DNA of 64,000 nucleotides from an uncultured Acidobacteriota bacterium. Lineage in GTDB: Bacteria; Acidobacteriota; Vicinamibacteria; Vicinamibacterales; CAVVIG01. How positions within the stretch are numbered: position 1 is the first letter of the stretch; every line of letters begins with the position of its first letter. The notes under the pieces were generated by a model. The model was not told the origin of the DNA and did no database searches. It was given only the letters and a program-made list of their open reading frames with translations. Position numbers and translations under genes: made by a program. This document shows, piece after piece, positions 8,697 to 20,655 of this stretch. The stretch lies in NCBI GenBank assembly GCA_963757655.1, contig CAVWSQ010000001.1, positions 998,897 to 1,062,896 of the forward strand, in the 5' to 3' direction.

Positions 8697-10295
8697 ATGC
8701 CCATAGTCCTGGCCATCGAACCGGACCGGCGGCAGGCCGCCCATCTCATCGCCATTGTGCGGAATCAGGTGGGCGTGGAACTGGTGGTCGCCGACACCAC
8801 CGAGGGCGCGCTCGACGCCATCGGCAACCGCGTGCCCGATCTCGTCCTCGTGCCGGCGCTGCTCTCGCCGCAGGACGACGCGGCGCTGGCCGCGGCGCTG
8901 CGCGTGATCGCGGCCGCCGCCCATGTGCGCACTCTGACCATTCCGGTGTTGTCCAATGGCACCAAGCGTGCGGCCACCGGCGGGATGCTCGCAAAGTGGC
9001 GCAAGACCCGCGCGGCATCGCCGGAGCCTGACGGCTGCGACCCGGCGGTGTTCGGCGAACAGATTTCAGCCTACCTGCAGGAAGCGGCGGCTGAGCGGGC
9101 GCAGCTCGAGGAAGACGCGCTCCTCACCGAAGAAGCGCTCGAAGCGGCGGCCTCCTTCCAGAGCGTTGATTTGCCGCTCCAGGCGGACGCGCCGGGGCCG
9201 GCATCCGGCTTCCAGGACGACATCGCGCTGACCGGCGGCGTCGCCGAGATCGACGCCCTCGAGCCGGTCGCGGATGCCGAATACCGCGAGGCGGCCGAGC
9301 CGGTCGAGCGCGCCGAAGCCATCGCGTCGTTCGAGCCCGCTCAGCCCGAGACGTCGATCGACCGGACCGAAGTCGCCGCGTTGATCGAACACGTCGAAGT
9401 CGAATCGTTGATCGAGCACCTCGAATCCGCGGTGTCCGTCGAGGGCCTCGACGACGCGGCGCTGATCGGCGAGATCGAAATCGCGGTGCCGTCGGAGCAC
9501 CTCGAATCGTTCTCGCTGGTGCAGGCGGCCGAGTCGCGGTGGAGCGACGCCGAACCGGTTGCATCGCCCGATGCCGGCCCGGTCGAGGAACTCACGCTCG
9601 ACGCGACCGAAGAGCGTTCGATCGATCTCTCCGACGAATTGGCCGGTTTGTCCGGCGTCGCGGCGGAGGAGACGTTCGACGGGGAACCGGTGGGCGTCTA
9701 CACCATCGCCTCCGACGACGACAGGTCGGTGTTCGACGCGCTCGATTTCATTCCCGGTATTCTCGAGCCGCCAAGCATTGCCGAGGAGGTGGAAGCGGCG
9801 CTCGATCAGATTGCTGCTGCCGCCAGGGTGCAGCCGCGTCCGGCGGGCGCCAAGCGACGTGCCGCCAAGTCGGCGCGCAGCGAAGCGGCCATGGCACCAG
9901 TCATCGACGCGCCGGAGCCGGCGCGCGCGGACATCAGCCCCTGGGTCCCGATGTATCTGACTCCGGGACGCATCTGGCCGGCCATGGAAGGGATGCCTGC
10001 CGAGACGCCGGTGGCTCGGACGGAACAGCCCGACTGGATCGAGCTGGTGGCATCGCTGCGCCAGGATCTCGAGCGCCGCCGCACCGACCCCTCATCGACC
10101 GCCGATCCGATTGCGGCGCGGCCGTCCGACGGCGCGACCGCCAAGGTTCACCGCCTGGCGAAAAAACCGCGGCCGCTGGTCAGGAAAGCCAAGCCGGTTC
10201 AGGACGAATGGGGCTTCTTCGATCCGGAACGCTGCGGCTTCTCGACGCTGCTCGCGAAACTGGAAGAGATCACGGAAGAAGACGTCCGGCCGTAG
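8697..10295 (+). CDS. Pseudo-receiver domain protein with a long acidic repeat region
   Basis: N-terminus is CheY-like in layout (IVLAIEPD...PDLVLVPALLSPQD), but the phospho-acceptor position looks non-canonical. The middle is Glu/Asp/Ala-rich with reiterated L/IEH-type segments. C-terminus is DEWGFFDPERCGFSTLLAKLEEI. Confidence 0.6.
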   Translation: MPIVLAIEPDRRQAAHLIAIVRNQVGVELVVADTTEGALDAIGNRVPDLVLVPALLSPQDDAALAAALRVIAAAAHVRTLTIPVLSNGTKRAATGGMLAKWRKTRAASPEPDGCDPAVFGEQISAYLQEAAAERAQLEEDALLTEEALEAAASFQSVDLPLQADAPGPASGFQDDIALTGGVAEIDALEPVADAEYREAAEPVERAEAIASFEPAQPETSIDRTEVAALIEHVEVESLIEHLESAVSVEGLDDAALIGEIEIAVPSEHLESFSLVQAAESRWSDAEPVASPDAGPVEELTLDATEERSIDLSDELAGLSGVAAEETFDGEPVGVYTIASDDDRSVFDALDFIPGILEPPSIAEEVEAALDQIAAAARVQPRPAGAKRRAAKSARSEAAMAPVIDAPEPARADISPWVPMYLTPGRIWPAMEGMPAETPVARTEQPDWIELVASLRQDLERRRTDPSSTADPIAARPSDGATAKVHRLAKKPRPLVRKAKPVQDEWGFFDPERCGFSTLLAKLEEITEEDVRP

Positions 10296-10428
10296 CGCCG
10301 GGCGCCGCATTCAGTTCTGCGCCATCAATCGAGAGGGCGACGAACCAACGTGGCCATCGGCTGAACCCAGCAGCGGGACGAGGGGCGGATCGAGTTGCTC
10401 GGCGGTTTACTGAGCGCAAGACCCAAAG

Positions 10429-10902
10429 TCAGGCGCGGCCGATGGCGACGACGATGGGCAACGCGACGAACGGGATGTGTCCAAAGAACTGGACCCACCA
10501 GCGGATGTTGATTGTCGGCGGCCGGTGCGTGAGCAGCGGCACGATTGCCAGCGACATTACCATCCAGATCAGCGGTCCGTAGACCGCGGCCACTCCGAGC
10601 ACGCCCAGCGGTGAGGCAATCGCGCTTCTGAGCCAGGACGCCGCCATCACGAGCAGCAGGAAGACGGCGGACCAGCCGAAGGCGATGCCGAAGTGCATGA
10701 GGACGCCGATGGCGGCGGTCGGCGTGCCACGGTTCAGCGCCGACGGTCCCATCAGCACCGACGCAACCCCCTGCCACAGGCGCATGACCGTCGAGCCGTA
10801 GAAGAAGGCGGCCAGGACACTCGAGAACAATCCGTCGGTGACTCCAGTAAGCAGGCCGGCGCGCACCAGCCTGGAGATCGCACTGCCGCCGGCGGCTACC
10901 AC
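10429..10902 (-). CDS. Integral membrane protein, unknown function
   Basis: Four predicted TM helices. The ORF-track start (11070) overlaps the upstream yqgE-like gene. In-frame GTG at 10902 lies downstream of AGGAGGG (10924-10930); the start is uncertain. Confidence 0.5.
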   Translation of the reverse strand: MVAAGGSAISRLVRAGLLTGVTDGLFSSVLAAFFYGSTVMRLWQGVASVLMGPSALNRGTPTAAIGVLMHFGIAFGWSAVFLLLVMAASWLRSAIASPLGVLGVAAVYGPLIWMVMSLAIVPLLTHRPPTINIRWWVQFFGHIPFVALPIVVAIGRA

Positions 10903-10943
10903 GGCGAGACGTTCGGCACGCTGCCCTCCTGATGTCCCGTAGT

Positions 10944-11507
10944 TTAGTGGACGCCGCGAGACATCTGCAGCGCGGCCGGGTCGGCGCCGAGGCGGCGGAT
11001 GGCGGCTTCCCAAAGCCGCTCGGCCGGCGTATGGAAGATCAAATCGCGATCGATGTCGCTCATCAGCCACGACGACTCTTCGAGCTCGGCCTCGAGCTGA
11101 CCGGGTCCCCAGCCGGAGTAGCCGACGATCAGCCGACTCTGGGACGGCGGATTCGGCTCGAGGAGCCGGCGCAGCAGATCCGGGGAGGTCGACAGGTACA
11201 GGCCGTCCGCGATCTTCATGCCGCGCAACTCCTCCGCCTCATCAGGCTCTTCCCCGACCAGCACCCAGCTCCGGTGCGGCTCGACCGGACCACCCACCCA
11301 CACTTGCAACTCTCTATCGGTGGAGACGGGCGGATCGAGGTTCACCGTCACGCGGCCCGTGGTCACCAACGGCCGGTTGACGACCAGCCCGAACGCTCCG
11401 TCTTCACTGTGCTTGCAGAGCAGCACGACGGTGCGGCTGAAGTTGGGATCCATGAGCTGCGGCATGGACAGGAGAAACGATGGCGCCAACGACGAGCCAG
11501 AACCCAT
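10944..11507 (-). CDS. YqgE/AlgH family protein (UPF0301)
   Basis: SFLLSMPQLMDPNFSRTVVLLCKHSEDGAFGLVVNRPL is the family-typical N-terminal block. Confidence 0.85.
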   Translation of the reverse strand: MGSGSSLAPSFLLSMPQLMDPNFSRTVVLLCKHSEDGAFGLVVNRPLVTTGRVTVNLDPPVSTDRELQVWVGGPVEPHRSWVLVGEEPDEAEELRGMKIADGLYLSTSPDLLRRLLEPNPPSQSRLIVGYSGWGPGQLEAELEESSWLMSDIDRDLIFHTPAERLWEAAIRRLGADPAALQMSRGVH

Positions 11508-12145
11508 TACTCAGATGATAGCGCGCGCGCCGCTGTCCGCAAGTCACGGATGAAGTCTTCCAACTCGCGGCGCCTCGTGTCGTCATCGGGCGCGCGAAGG
11601 ATGGACGAAGGATGGACGGTGGCGAGGACGTGACGGCCCAGCGGCGATGCCACGAAGGCTCCGCGTTGTCTACTCACCTTGAACTGTGATCCCAGCAGCG
11701 CCTGCGCGGCGGTGGCGCCAAGGCAGACAATCACGCGCGGCTTGACGAGAGCGATCTCGGCATCGAGCCATGGACGGCAGGCGGCGATCTCGCTCGCGCG
11801 CGGCCTCTTGTGGATGCGGCGCTTGCCGCGCGGCTCCCACTTGAAGTGCTTGACGACGTTCGTGACATAGACGGCATGGCGGTCGATCCCGGCGTCGGCG
11901 AGGGCACGATCGAGCAGCTTGCCGGCTGGGCCCACGAACGGGTGGCCGCTGAGGTCCTCCGCGTCGCCTGGCTGCTCGCCGATCAGCATCAGCGCCGCCC
12001 GGCGCGGCCCTTCACCGAACACCGTCTGCGTGCCACTCTTCCACAGATCGCAAGCGCGACAGCCCTTGGCCGCCTCGCGGACCGACTTCAGCGTCGGCCT
12101 GAGCGGGATGAGATTCGCAGCGGTCCTGATCGGAGGCTTGGCCAT
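11507..12145 (-). CDS. udgX: Family-4-type uracil-DNA glycosylase of the UdgX subtype
   Basis: GEQPGDAEDLSGHPFVGPAG, VTNVVKHFKW, then GKRRIHKRP (KRRIH loop), VHPSSILR. Confidence 0.8.
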   Translation of the reverse strand: MAKPPIRTAANLIPLRPTLKSVREAAKGCRACDLWKSGTQTVFGEGPRRAALMLIGEQPGDAEDLSGHPFVGPAGKLLDRALADAGIDRHAVYVTNVVKHFKWEPRGKRRIHKRPRASEIAACRPWLDAEIALVKPRVIVCLGATAAQALLGSQFKVSRQRGAFVASPLGRHVLATVHPSSILRAPDDDTRRRELEDFIRDLRTAARALSSE

Positions 12146-12287
12146 CTACGGCGAAGTGGGGATCGCGCACAACCACACGACGTTCCCAGGCTCAGCCTTC
12201 ATTCCCGTCTTCGTAACGGGCGACGCCACATCGTGGTCGGTCGCGACCAGAGCCGACGTTGGCGTCATCCTGTTCTTCTGACGAAGA

Positions 12288-13268
12288 TCATTTCCGCAAA
12301 TGTCGAAGAGAGGTGTGGCCACCAGGTTCAGAGTTACGCAACGCGACCGCGACGTTGCGCCGCAAGCCCCGGACCTTGGCCCGCTTGAGGGGGCTGCCCC
12401 GCAGCCCTGCCGTCAGCTCTTCATCGCTGCGCTGTTCTAGCGTCAGCAGATCGACACGATCCCAGGCCGGCCGCGGCTGCCACGCCGGGTCGATCGAGCG
12501 AGGCGCGGTCGTGTTCCACGGACACACCTCCTGGCAGACGTCGCAGCCATACACATGCGAGCCGAGCCCGGTCTGATGTTCGGCCGGAATCTCGCCCTTC
12601 AGCTCAATGGTGAGATAGGAGATACAGCGCGTCGAGTCGAGCACGGCGGGCGCCACGATGGCCTGGGTCGGGCAGGCCTCGATGCACAGGGTGCAGCTGC
12701 CGCACTGATCGAGCGACGGCGCGTCGACCGCGAGCGGAAGGCTGCAGATGATGACGCCGAGGAAGATCCACGATCCGATCTCGGGATTGATGACGCAGGT
12801 ATTCTTCCCGATCCAGCCGATGCCGGCGTGCTGCGCGTAGACGCGCTCCTGGACCGGGCCGGTGTCGACGTAGGGGCGCGCGTCGAATGGCTGCTCTGAT
12901 TGTTCGCGCATCCAGGTGAGCAGCGCGTCGAGCCGCCTGCCGATGACATCGTGATAGTCGTCGCCCCACGCATAGCGCGCGATCTGGGCACGCCTCTGGT
13001 CGGCGATCTCGGTCGAGTACGGGCGATCGGTGTTGTAGAGCGTGCCGGTGACAATGACCGTCTGCGCAGAAGGCACGACGTGACGGACGTCGGAGCGGCG
13101 CTCGGCCGACCGGTGCAGATAGGTCATCTCGCCGGCGTAGCCGCACTCGAGCCATTCGCTGTAGAACTTCAGCTCGGGATGGTCGGTCGCCGGCGCGATT
13201 CCGCAAAGGTCGAAGCCGAGAAGCCGCGCGTGCTGCTTGACTGCGGACGAGGTGAGCGGGGAGGCCAT
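12288..13268 (-). CDS. queG: tRNA epoxyqueuosine(34) reductase QueG
   Basis: Two 4Fe-4S motifs, CGSCTLCIEACPTQA and CDVCQEVCPWN, plus a C-terminal HEAT-like tail. Confidence 0.9.
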   Translation of the reverse strand: MASPLTSSAVKQHARLLGFDLCGIAPATDHPELKFYSEWLECGYAGEMTYLHRSAERRSDVRHVVPSAQTVIVTGTLYNTDRPYSTEIADQRRAQIARYAWGDDYHDVIGRRLDALLTWMREQSEQPFDARPYVDTGPVQERVYAQHAGIGWIGKNTCVINPEIGSWIFLGVIICSLPLAVDAPSLDQCGSCTLCIEACPTQAIVAPAVLDSTRCISYLTIELKGEIPAEHQTGLGSHVYGCDVCQEVCPWNTTAPRSIDPAWQPRPAWDRVDLLTLEQRSDEELTAGLRGSPLKRAKVRGLRRNVAVALRNSEPGGHTSLRHLRK

Positions 13269-13284
13269 GAGCCATGAGCCATGA
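13264..13284. repeat. Perfect 3x heptamer tandem repeat (GCCATGA)3 over the queG start codon
   Basis: gccatga gccatga gccatga read directly. The first unit contains the queG ATG (reverse strand). Confidence 0.9.
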
Positions 13285-13297
13285 TTGGGCGCCAGCG

Positions 13298-16036
<2,739 letters not shown>

Positions 16037-16251
16037 GACGGTGATCCTCGGAGGAGTGAGGCGTTTGCCCAGGAAAATCTCATTCTACCTCCGCCCAGAG
16101 GGCCACCAAGATGACGCGCCAACCGTGCTATCCACGCACAAAGTCAACCAAAGCGACGGTCAGATAGGGTTACAATATGCACGGTGATGTTATTTTTGTG
16201 CTTGAAAGACACACATCTGGTAACATGTTGCCGGCTGGAGGTGCAGAGACG

Positions 16252-17634
16252 ATGACTTTGGCGGACGTCAGGAGCAAAACGGACAGGATTCGGGAGTACT
16301 CGGCGATTCCATTCCTGCTGGTCGCGGGAGTCAGCATCGTGGGGGCGCTGTATCGGCCCGCGCCTCAGGCGGTAACGGGCGGTCCCGTCAATGCCGGCGA
16401 CACCGCCTGGATGCTGACCGCCACCGGCCTCGTGCTGCTGATGACGCCTGGCCTGTCGTTTTTCTACGGCGGCATGGTCCGCATGAAGAACGTCGTCTCG
16501 ACCATGCTCCAGAGTTTCGTCGCGATGGGGGTCATCAGCCTGTTGTGGATCGTAGTGGGGTTCAGCCTCGCGTTCGGGACCAGCGTTCACGGGCTGATTG
16601 GCGACCCGCGGACGTTTTTCATGTTCACGCGCGTGGGCGCGCTCACACACCCGGATCTGGCGCCGACGATTCCGTTGATTGTGTTTGCGCTGTTTCAGTT
16701 GAAGTTCGCGATCATCACTCCCGCACTCATCACCGGATCATTTGCCGAGCGGGTCCGCTTCTCGAGCTATCTCCTGTTCATGTGCCTGTTCAGCATCTTC
16801 GTGTACTCGCCGCTGGCGCACTGGACGTGGCACCCGGACGGTTTCCTGCACAAGATGGGGGTGCTCGATTTCGCCGGCGGCACCGTCGTGCACATGTCAG
16901 CCGGATTCGCCGCATTGGCCGGCGCGATGGTGCTCGGCCGCCGCACCACGCACAAGAATGGCGAGGCGACGACGCCGGCCAACATCCCGTTCGTCATTCT
17001 CGGAACCGGCATGTTGTGGTTCGGTTGGTTCGGTTTCAACGCCGGGTCGGCGCTCTCGGCGTCCGGCCAGGCGGCCATGGCGTTCGCGACCACGAACACC
17101 GCGTCGGCGTCCGCGGCGCTGGCCTGGATCTTCTTCGACCGGATGCGCGGCCACAAGCCGTCGGCCCTCGGCGCGTGCGTAGGTGCTGTGGTCGGCCTGG
17201 TCGCGATCACGCCGGCGGCCGGCTACGTCGGCGTCGGCGAAGCCATCTTCATCGGCACGGTGGCCAGCGTCGTCTCGAACCTGATGGTCCACTGGAAGAA
17301 CGCCTCGACGCTCGACGACACGCTCGACGTGTTTCCCTGCCACGGCGTCGGCGGCATGGTTGGCATGCTGATGACCGGCATCTTTGCCAAGGACGTCGGC
17401 TTGATGTCGGGCCACGCTACCACGTTCCTGGTGCACTGCGCCGCGCTGCTGTTCGTAGCGGCGTTCTCGTTCTGCGGTTCGTGGATCCTCTATCGTTTCA
17501 CCGACTTCATCATCCCGCTACGGGTTTCCGAGGAGCAGGAGGAGATCGGCCTCGACCTGAGCCAGCACGGCGAGGTCATGCAGGGAGAAATATCGTCATC
17601 CTCGCTGCCGCAGATCTTCGCCAAGACGGCCTGA
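16252..17634 (+). CDS. amt: Ammonium transporter Amt
   Basis: AGGTVVHMSAGFAALAGAMVLG and DDTLDVFPCHGVGGMVGMLMTGIFA. ATG at 16252 preferred, 10 nt after GGAGG at 16237-16241. Confidence 0.93.
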   Translation: MTLADVRSKTDRIREYSAIPFLLVAGVSIVGALYRPAPQAVTGGPVNAGDTAWMLTATGLVLLMTPGLSFFYGGMVRMKNVVSTMLQSFVAMGVISLLWIVVGFSLAFGTSVHGLIGDPRTFFMFTRVGALTHPDLAPTIPLIVFALFQLKFAIITPALITGSFAERVRFSSYLLFMCLFSIFVYSPLAHWTWHPDGFLHKMGVLDFAGGTVVHMSAGFAALAGAMVLGRRTTHKNGEATTPANIPFVILGTGMLWFGWFGFNAGSALSASGQAAMAFATTNTASASAALAWIFFDRMRGHKPSALGACVGAVVGLVAITPAAGYVGVGEAIFIGTVASVVSNLMVHWKNASTLDDTLDVFPCHGVGGMVGMLMTGIFAKDVGLMSGHATTFLVHCAALLFVAAFSFCGSWILYRFTDFIIPLRVSEEQEEIGLDLSQHGEVMQGEISSSSLPQIFAKTA

Positions 17635-17684
17635 GGAGTGTCAGACACCGTCTCAAATCAGGGACGGTGTCTGACACCCCTCAG
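17631..17684. terminator. Bidirectional terminator hairpin between convergent amt and the 17686 gene
   Basis: 15 bp perfect (17638-17652 with 17663-17677) plus 6 bp outer (17631-17636 with 17679-17684), one mismatch, 10-nt loop. Confidence 0.7.
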
Positions 17685-17685
17685 T

Positions 17686-18003
17686 CTATCGCCAGTCTCT
17701 GACTGCGTCGCGCAGCGACTGCCGCAGCTCGCGCATGGCATCGCGAACCGCCTCGCGAAATTCGTGGCGATAGCGATCGCGGTCGATACGGCTGCGGTCG
17801 CGGACCCGGAACCGGACTTCCGCCCTCAACCGCTGCATTTCGCGCCGGATGTCGGCGCGGTCGCGCGTCCGTTCGCGCATCTCGCGACGAAATTCGGCAC
17901 GCTCGCGGACCCGCTCGGACCAATCGGACTGGCCCGCGAGGGTGAGAACGGGTGTCAGGACCAGGACTGCGAGCGCCAGCGACCAGATGAGGGTCTTGTT
18001 CAT
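17686..18003 (-). CDS. Small exported Arg/Glu/Asp-rich protein, unknown function
   Basis: Signal peptide MNKTLIWSLALAVLVLTPVLTLA, then about 80 aa of helical charged repeats (RERAEFRREMRERTRDRADIRREMQRLRAEVRFRVRDR...). Confidence 0.5.
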   Translation of the reverse strand: MNKTLIWSLALAVLVLTPVLTLAGQSDWSERVRERAEFRREMRERTRDRADIRREMQRLRAEVRFRVRDRSRIDRDRYRHEFREAVRDAMRELRQSLRDAVRDWR

Positions 18004-18092
18004 GGGTTTCTCGTGCCGGTTAGACGGATGCGATCGCTGCGAGGTTGCCAGGAAATGTGTTTCAGATCCAGCCACCCTGACGACCAAGCGAT

Positions 18093-19625
18093 CTACCGGA
18101 TCCGTGCCAGGAACTCACCGACGATGACCGGCACGTCCCGGTGCTCGACGTCGGCGGCGTAGTTCATGGCCCGCATGTCTGCCGCCGACACCCGGCCCGA
18201 CAGACCCTCAAGCGCCGTCCGGAGATGCGGGTAGCGCAGCAGCGTCTCGGCCCGCGCGACCGCTGCCGCGTCGTACGGCGGAAAGTAGTGGCGGTTGTCT
18301 TCGAGTTGAACCAGATCGAGGCCCTGGATCAGGCCCGCCGTCGCATCGCCGGCAATCAGGTCGACCTGCCCCGACGCGAGGGCGCGGTAGCTGAGGGTGA
18401 GATCCATGACGCGTGGCGGATCGGGAAATCTGAGCCCATAAGCCTTCACGAGCCCCGGATAGCCGTCAGGCCGCTCCACGAACTCGTAGCCGAAGCCGGC
18501 ACGCCAGTGCGGCGATAGCCGCGCCGCATCGTCAATCGTCTTGAGGCCGCGTGACCGTGCGTCGGTGCCCCTGACCAGGATGGCGAAGGTGTTGTTGAAC
18601 CCCAACGGCGGCAACAACGTTCGCCCGGTCTTCGCGTAGAGCGCGCGGACCGTATCGTAGACGGCAGCCGATTCGTTGCTGACAGGCTGGCGAAACACCG
18701 CCGTGAGCGCCGTACCGGTGTACTCGACGTAGACGTCGATGTCGCCCGTCATCAGCGCCTGGTCGCAGATCAGGGTGCCACCCAGATTCAGGCGCCGATC
18801 GACCGACAGGCCGGCGTCATGCTCGATCGCCTGAGCGAGCAGCTCTCCCAGCACCAGCTGCTCGGTGAAGTTCTTCGATCCGACGACGATCGCGCCGCTC
18901 GCGCGGCGCGCCGCGGCCGCACTCGAGAGCATGACCGCGGCGATGACCGTCGCCGCAACGGTGACGGCTACCCGACGCGATCGCGACCGCCGGCGCGCCG
19001 ACAGCTGCTTCTCGAGCCACAGCAGCGCGGCGTCAACCACGAGCGCGAGTATGGCCGCCGGGACCGCGCCAGCCAGGATCACCGTCGTATCGACCATCGA
19101 GAGCCCGCGGTAGATGTACTCGCCGAGACCGCCGGCGCCGATGGCGGCGGCAATCGTCGCCGAACCGACGCCAACCACCGCCGCCACGCGTATCCCGGCC
19201 ACGATGGAAGGGAGGGCGAGCGGCAGCTCGACCTGGAGCAGCAGTTCGCGCGGCGTCATGCCCATCGCGACGCCGGCCTCGCGAATGGACGGCTCGATTC
19301 CGCGCAACCCGGCGATCGTGGTACGGACAATCGGCAGCAGGCCGTACAGGATGAGGACCACCAGAGCGGCACGCGCGCCGACGCCGCCGACGAAGGGCAC
19401 CGGCAGCAGGAACCCGAACATCGCCAGGCTCGGAATCGTCTGGACGATGCTGGCAAAAGCCATGAGAGGCGAGGCAAGACGCGGCCGCCGCGCCGAAAAA
19501 ATGCCCAGCGGCACGCCCAGCGCCACCGCGATGAGCGTCGCGCCGGCGACGAGCAGCACATGCTGCCCGACCAGGCTGGCCAGCTCAGCGCGATGTGCGA
19601 TCCAGAACGCGATCAGCAGTCTCAT
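18093..19625 (-). CDS. ABC transporter fused permease/substrate-binding protein (glycine betaine/choline-type)
   Basis: N-terminal BPD permease half and C-terminal OpuBC-like binding domain. ATG at 19625 lies 1 nt after the ATPase stop. Confidence 0.85.
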   Translation of the reverse strand: MRLLIAFWIAHRAELASLVGQHVLLVAGATLIAVALGVPLGIFSARRPRLASPLMAFASIVQTIPSLAMFGFLLPVPFVGGVGARAALVVLILYGLLPIVRTTIAGLRGIEPSIREAGVAMGMTPRELLLQVELPLALPSIVAGIRVAAVVGVGSATIAAAIGAGGLGEYIYRGLSMVDTTVILAGAVPAAILALVVDAALLWLEKQLSARRRSRSRRVAVTVAATVIAAVMLSSAAAARRASGAIVVGSKNFTEQLVLGELLAQAIEHDAGLSVDRRLNLGGTLICDQALMTGDIDVYVEYTGTALTAVFRQPVSNESAAVYDTVRALYAKTGRTLLPPLGFNNTFAILVRGTDARSRGLKTIDDAARLSPHWRAGFGYEFVERPDGYPGLVKAYGLRFPDPPRVMDLTLSYRALASGQVDLIAGDATAGLIQGLDLVQLEDNRHYFPPYDAAAVARAETLLRYPHLRTALEGLSGRVSAADMRAMNYAADVEHRDVPVIVGEFLARIR

Positions 19626-19626
19626 C

Positions 19627-20439
19627 TCACGATCGGGCCGAGGAAGGCTGCCGGCCTTCACCGCTACCGAGCCCGGGCCGGACCACATCCGACGGGCGCG
19701 GAATTGCCGGAACCGCGTCAAGCAGGCGGCGCACCCGTGGATCGACGGAGGCCGCAACGGTCGCGGCACGATCGTTGGCGATCAAACGGCCCTCTTCGAG
19801 CACTCCTACGCGGTCGGCCAGAGCAAAGGCTTCGCCCATATCGTGCGTCACGATGATCACGGTCTTGCGCAAGCGCGCCTGGATGCGCCGGAACTCGCCG
19901 TGCAGCTCGGCCCGCGTCAGCGGGTCGAGCGCGCCGAACGGCTCGTCCATCAGCAAGACCGGTGGATCCACGGCCAGCGCCCGCGCAACGCCGACGCGCT
20001 GACGCTGTCCGCCCGACAGCTCGTCGGGCCAGCGCTGGCCAAACTCGTCGACTGGCAATCCGACCAGCTCGAGCAGCTCGTACAGCCGCGGCGCTATGCG
20101 ATCAGCGCTCCAGCGCTCGAGCCGGGGCACCACGGCCACGTTGTCCGCGACAGACATGTGTGGAAACAGACCAACATCCTGCAGGACGTAGCCAACGCGC
20201 CGGCGCAGCGCGATCGGCTCCCACTCGCGCGTGTCGCGGCCCTGAACCAGCACGGCACCCTCATCAGGCAGGAGCAGCCGGTTGACCAGCTTCAAGAGCG
20301 TGCTTTTTCCCGCGCCGCTACGGCCTACCAGCGCGAACACGTCTCCCGCAGCCACGGCGAGGCTGAAATGGTCCAGCACGTGCGGCTGTCCCGCTCGCGA
20401 GAACGACACGTCGCGAAATTCAATCGCCGCATCGGGCAT
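19627..20439 (-). CDS. ABC transporter ATP-binding protein
   Basis: GRSGAGKSTLLK (Walker A), LSGGQRQRVGVARAL (signature), LLMDEPFGALD (Walker B). Confidence 0.9.
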   Translation of the reverse strand: MPDAAIEFRDVSFSRAGQPHVLDHFSLAVAAGDVFALVGRSGAGKSTLLKLVNRLLLPDEGAVLVQGRDTREWEPIALRRRVGYVLQDVGLFPHMSVADNVAVVPRLERWSADRIAPRLYELLELVGLPVDEFGQRWPDELSGGQRQRVGVARALAVDPPVLLMDEPFGALDPLTRAELHGEFRRIQARLRKTVIIVTHDMGEAFALADRVGVLEEGRLIANDRAATVAASVDPRVRRLLDAVPAIPRPSDVVRPGLGSGEGRQPSSARS

Positions 20440-20478
20440 CGGAATTGCGACGGTAACACATCGGAGGTCAGCGAGCTC

Positions 20479-20655
20479 ATGCGAGACGACAACACGGCAC
20501 CGCGCGACAACCAGCAGATCGCCGACGACAGCCAGCAGTCGGAGATTGATATCACGCAGAGGGAGGCGGAGGAGATTTCAGATCGGACACCGGAGGCAGA
20601 GGAAGACAGCATGCCCCCGCGCGGGGATTCCGAAGGGCGTGAGACTGCGGGCTAG
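20479..20655 (+). CDS. Possible small acidic protein (58 aa); speculative
   Basis: ATG 11 nt after GGAGG. It reads MRDDNTAPRDNQQIADDSQQSEIDITQREAEEISDRTPEAEEDSMPPRGDSEGRETAG. It is hidden inside a long spurious ORF-track entry. Confidence 0.25.
   Translation: MRDDNTAPRDNQQIADDSQQSEIDITQREAEEISDRTPEAEEDSMPPRGDSEGRETAG

Noticed and set aside
16213-16227. Sigma-54-like TGGTAAC-N-TTGCC upstream of amt.
   Set aside because: The GG-to-GC spacing is one nt short of the strict -24/-12 geometry. It also sits only about 25 nt from the start codon, on top of the SD.
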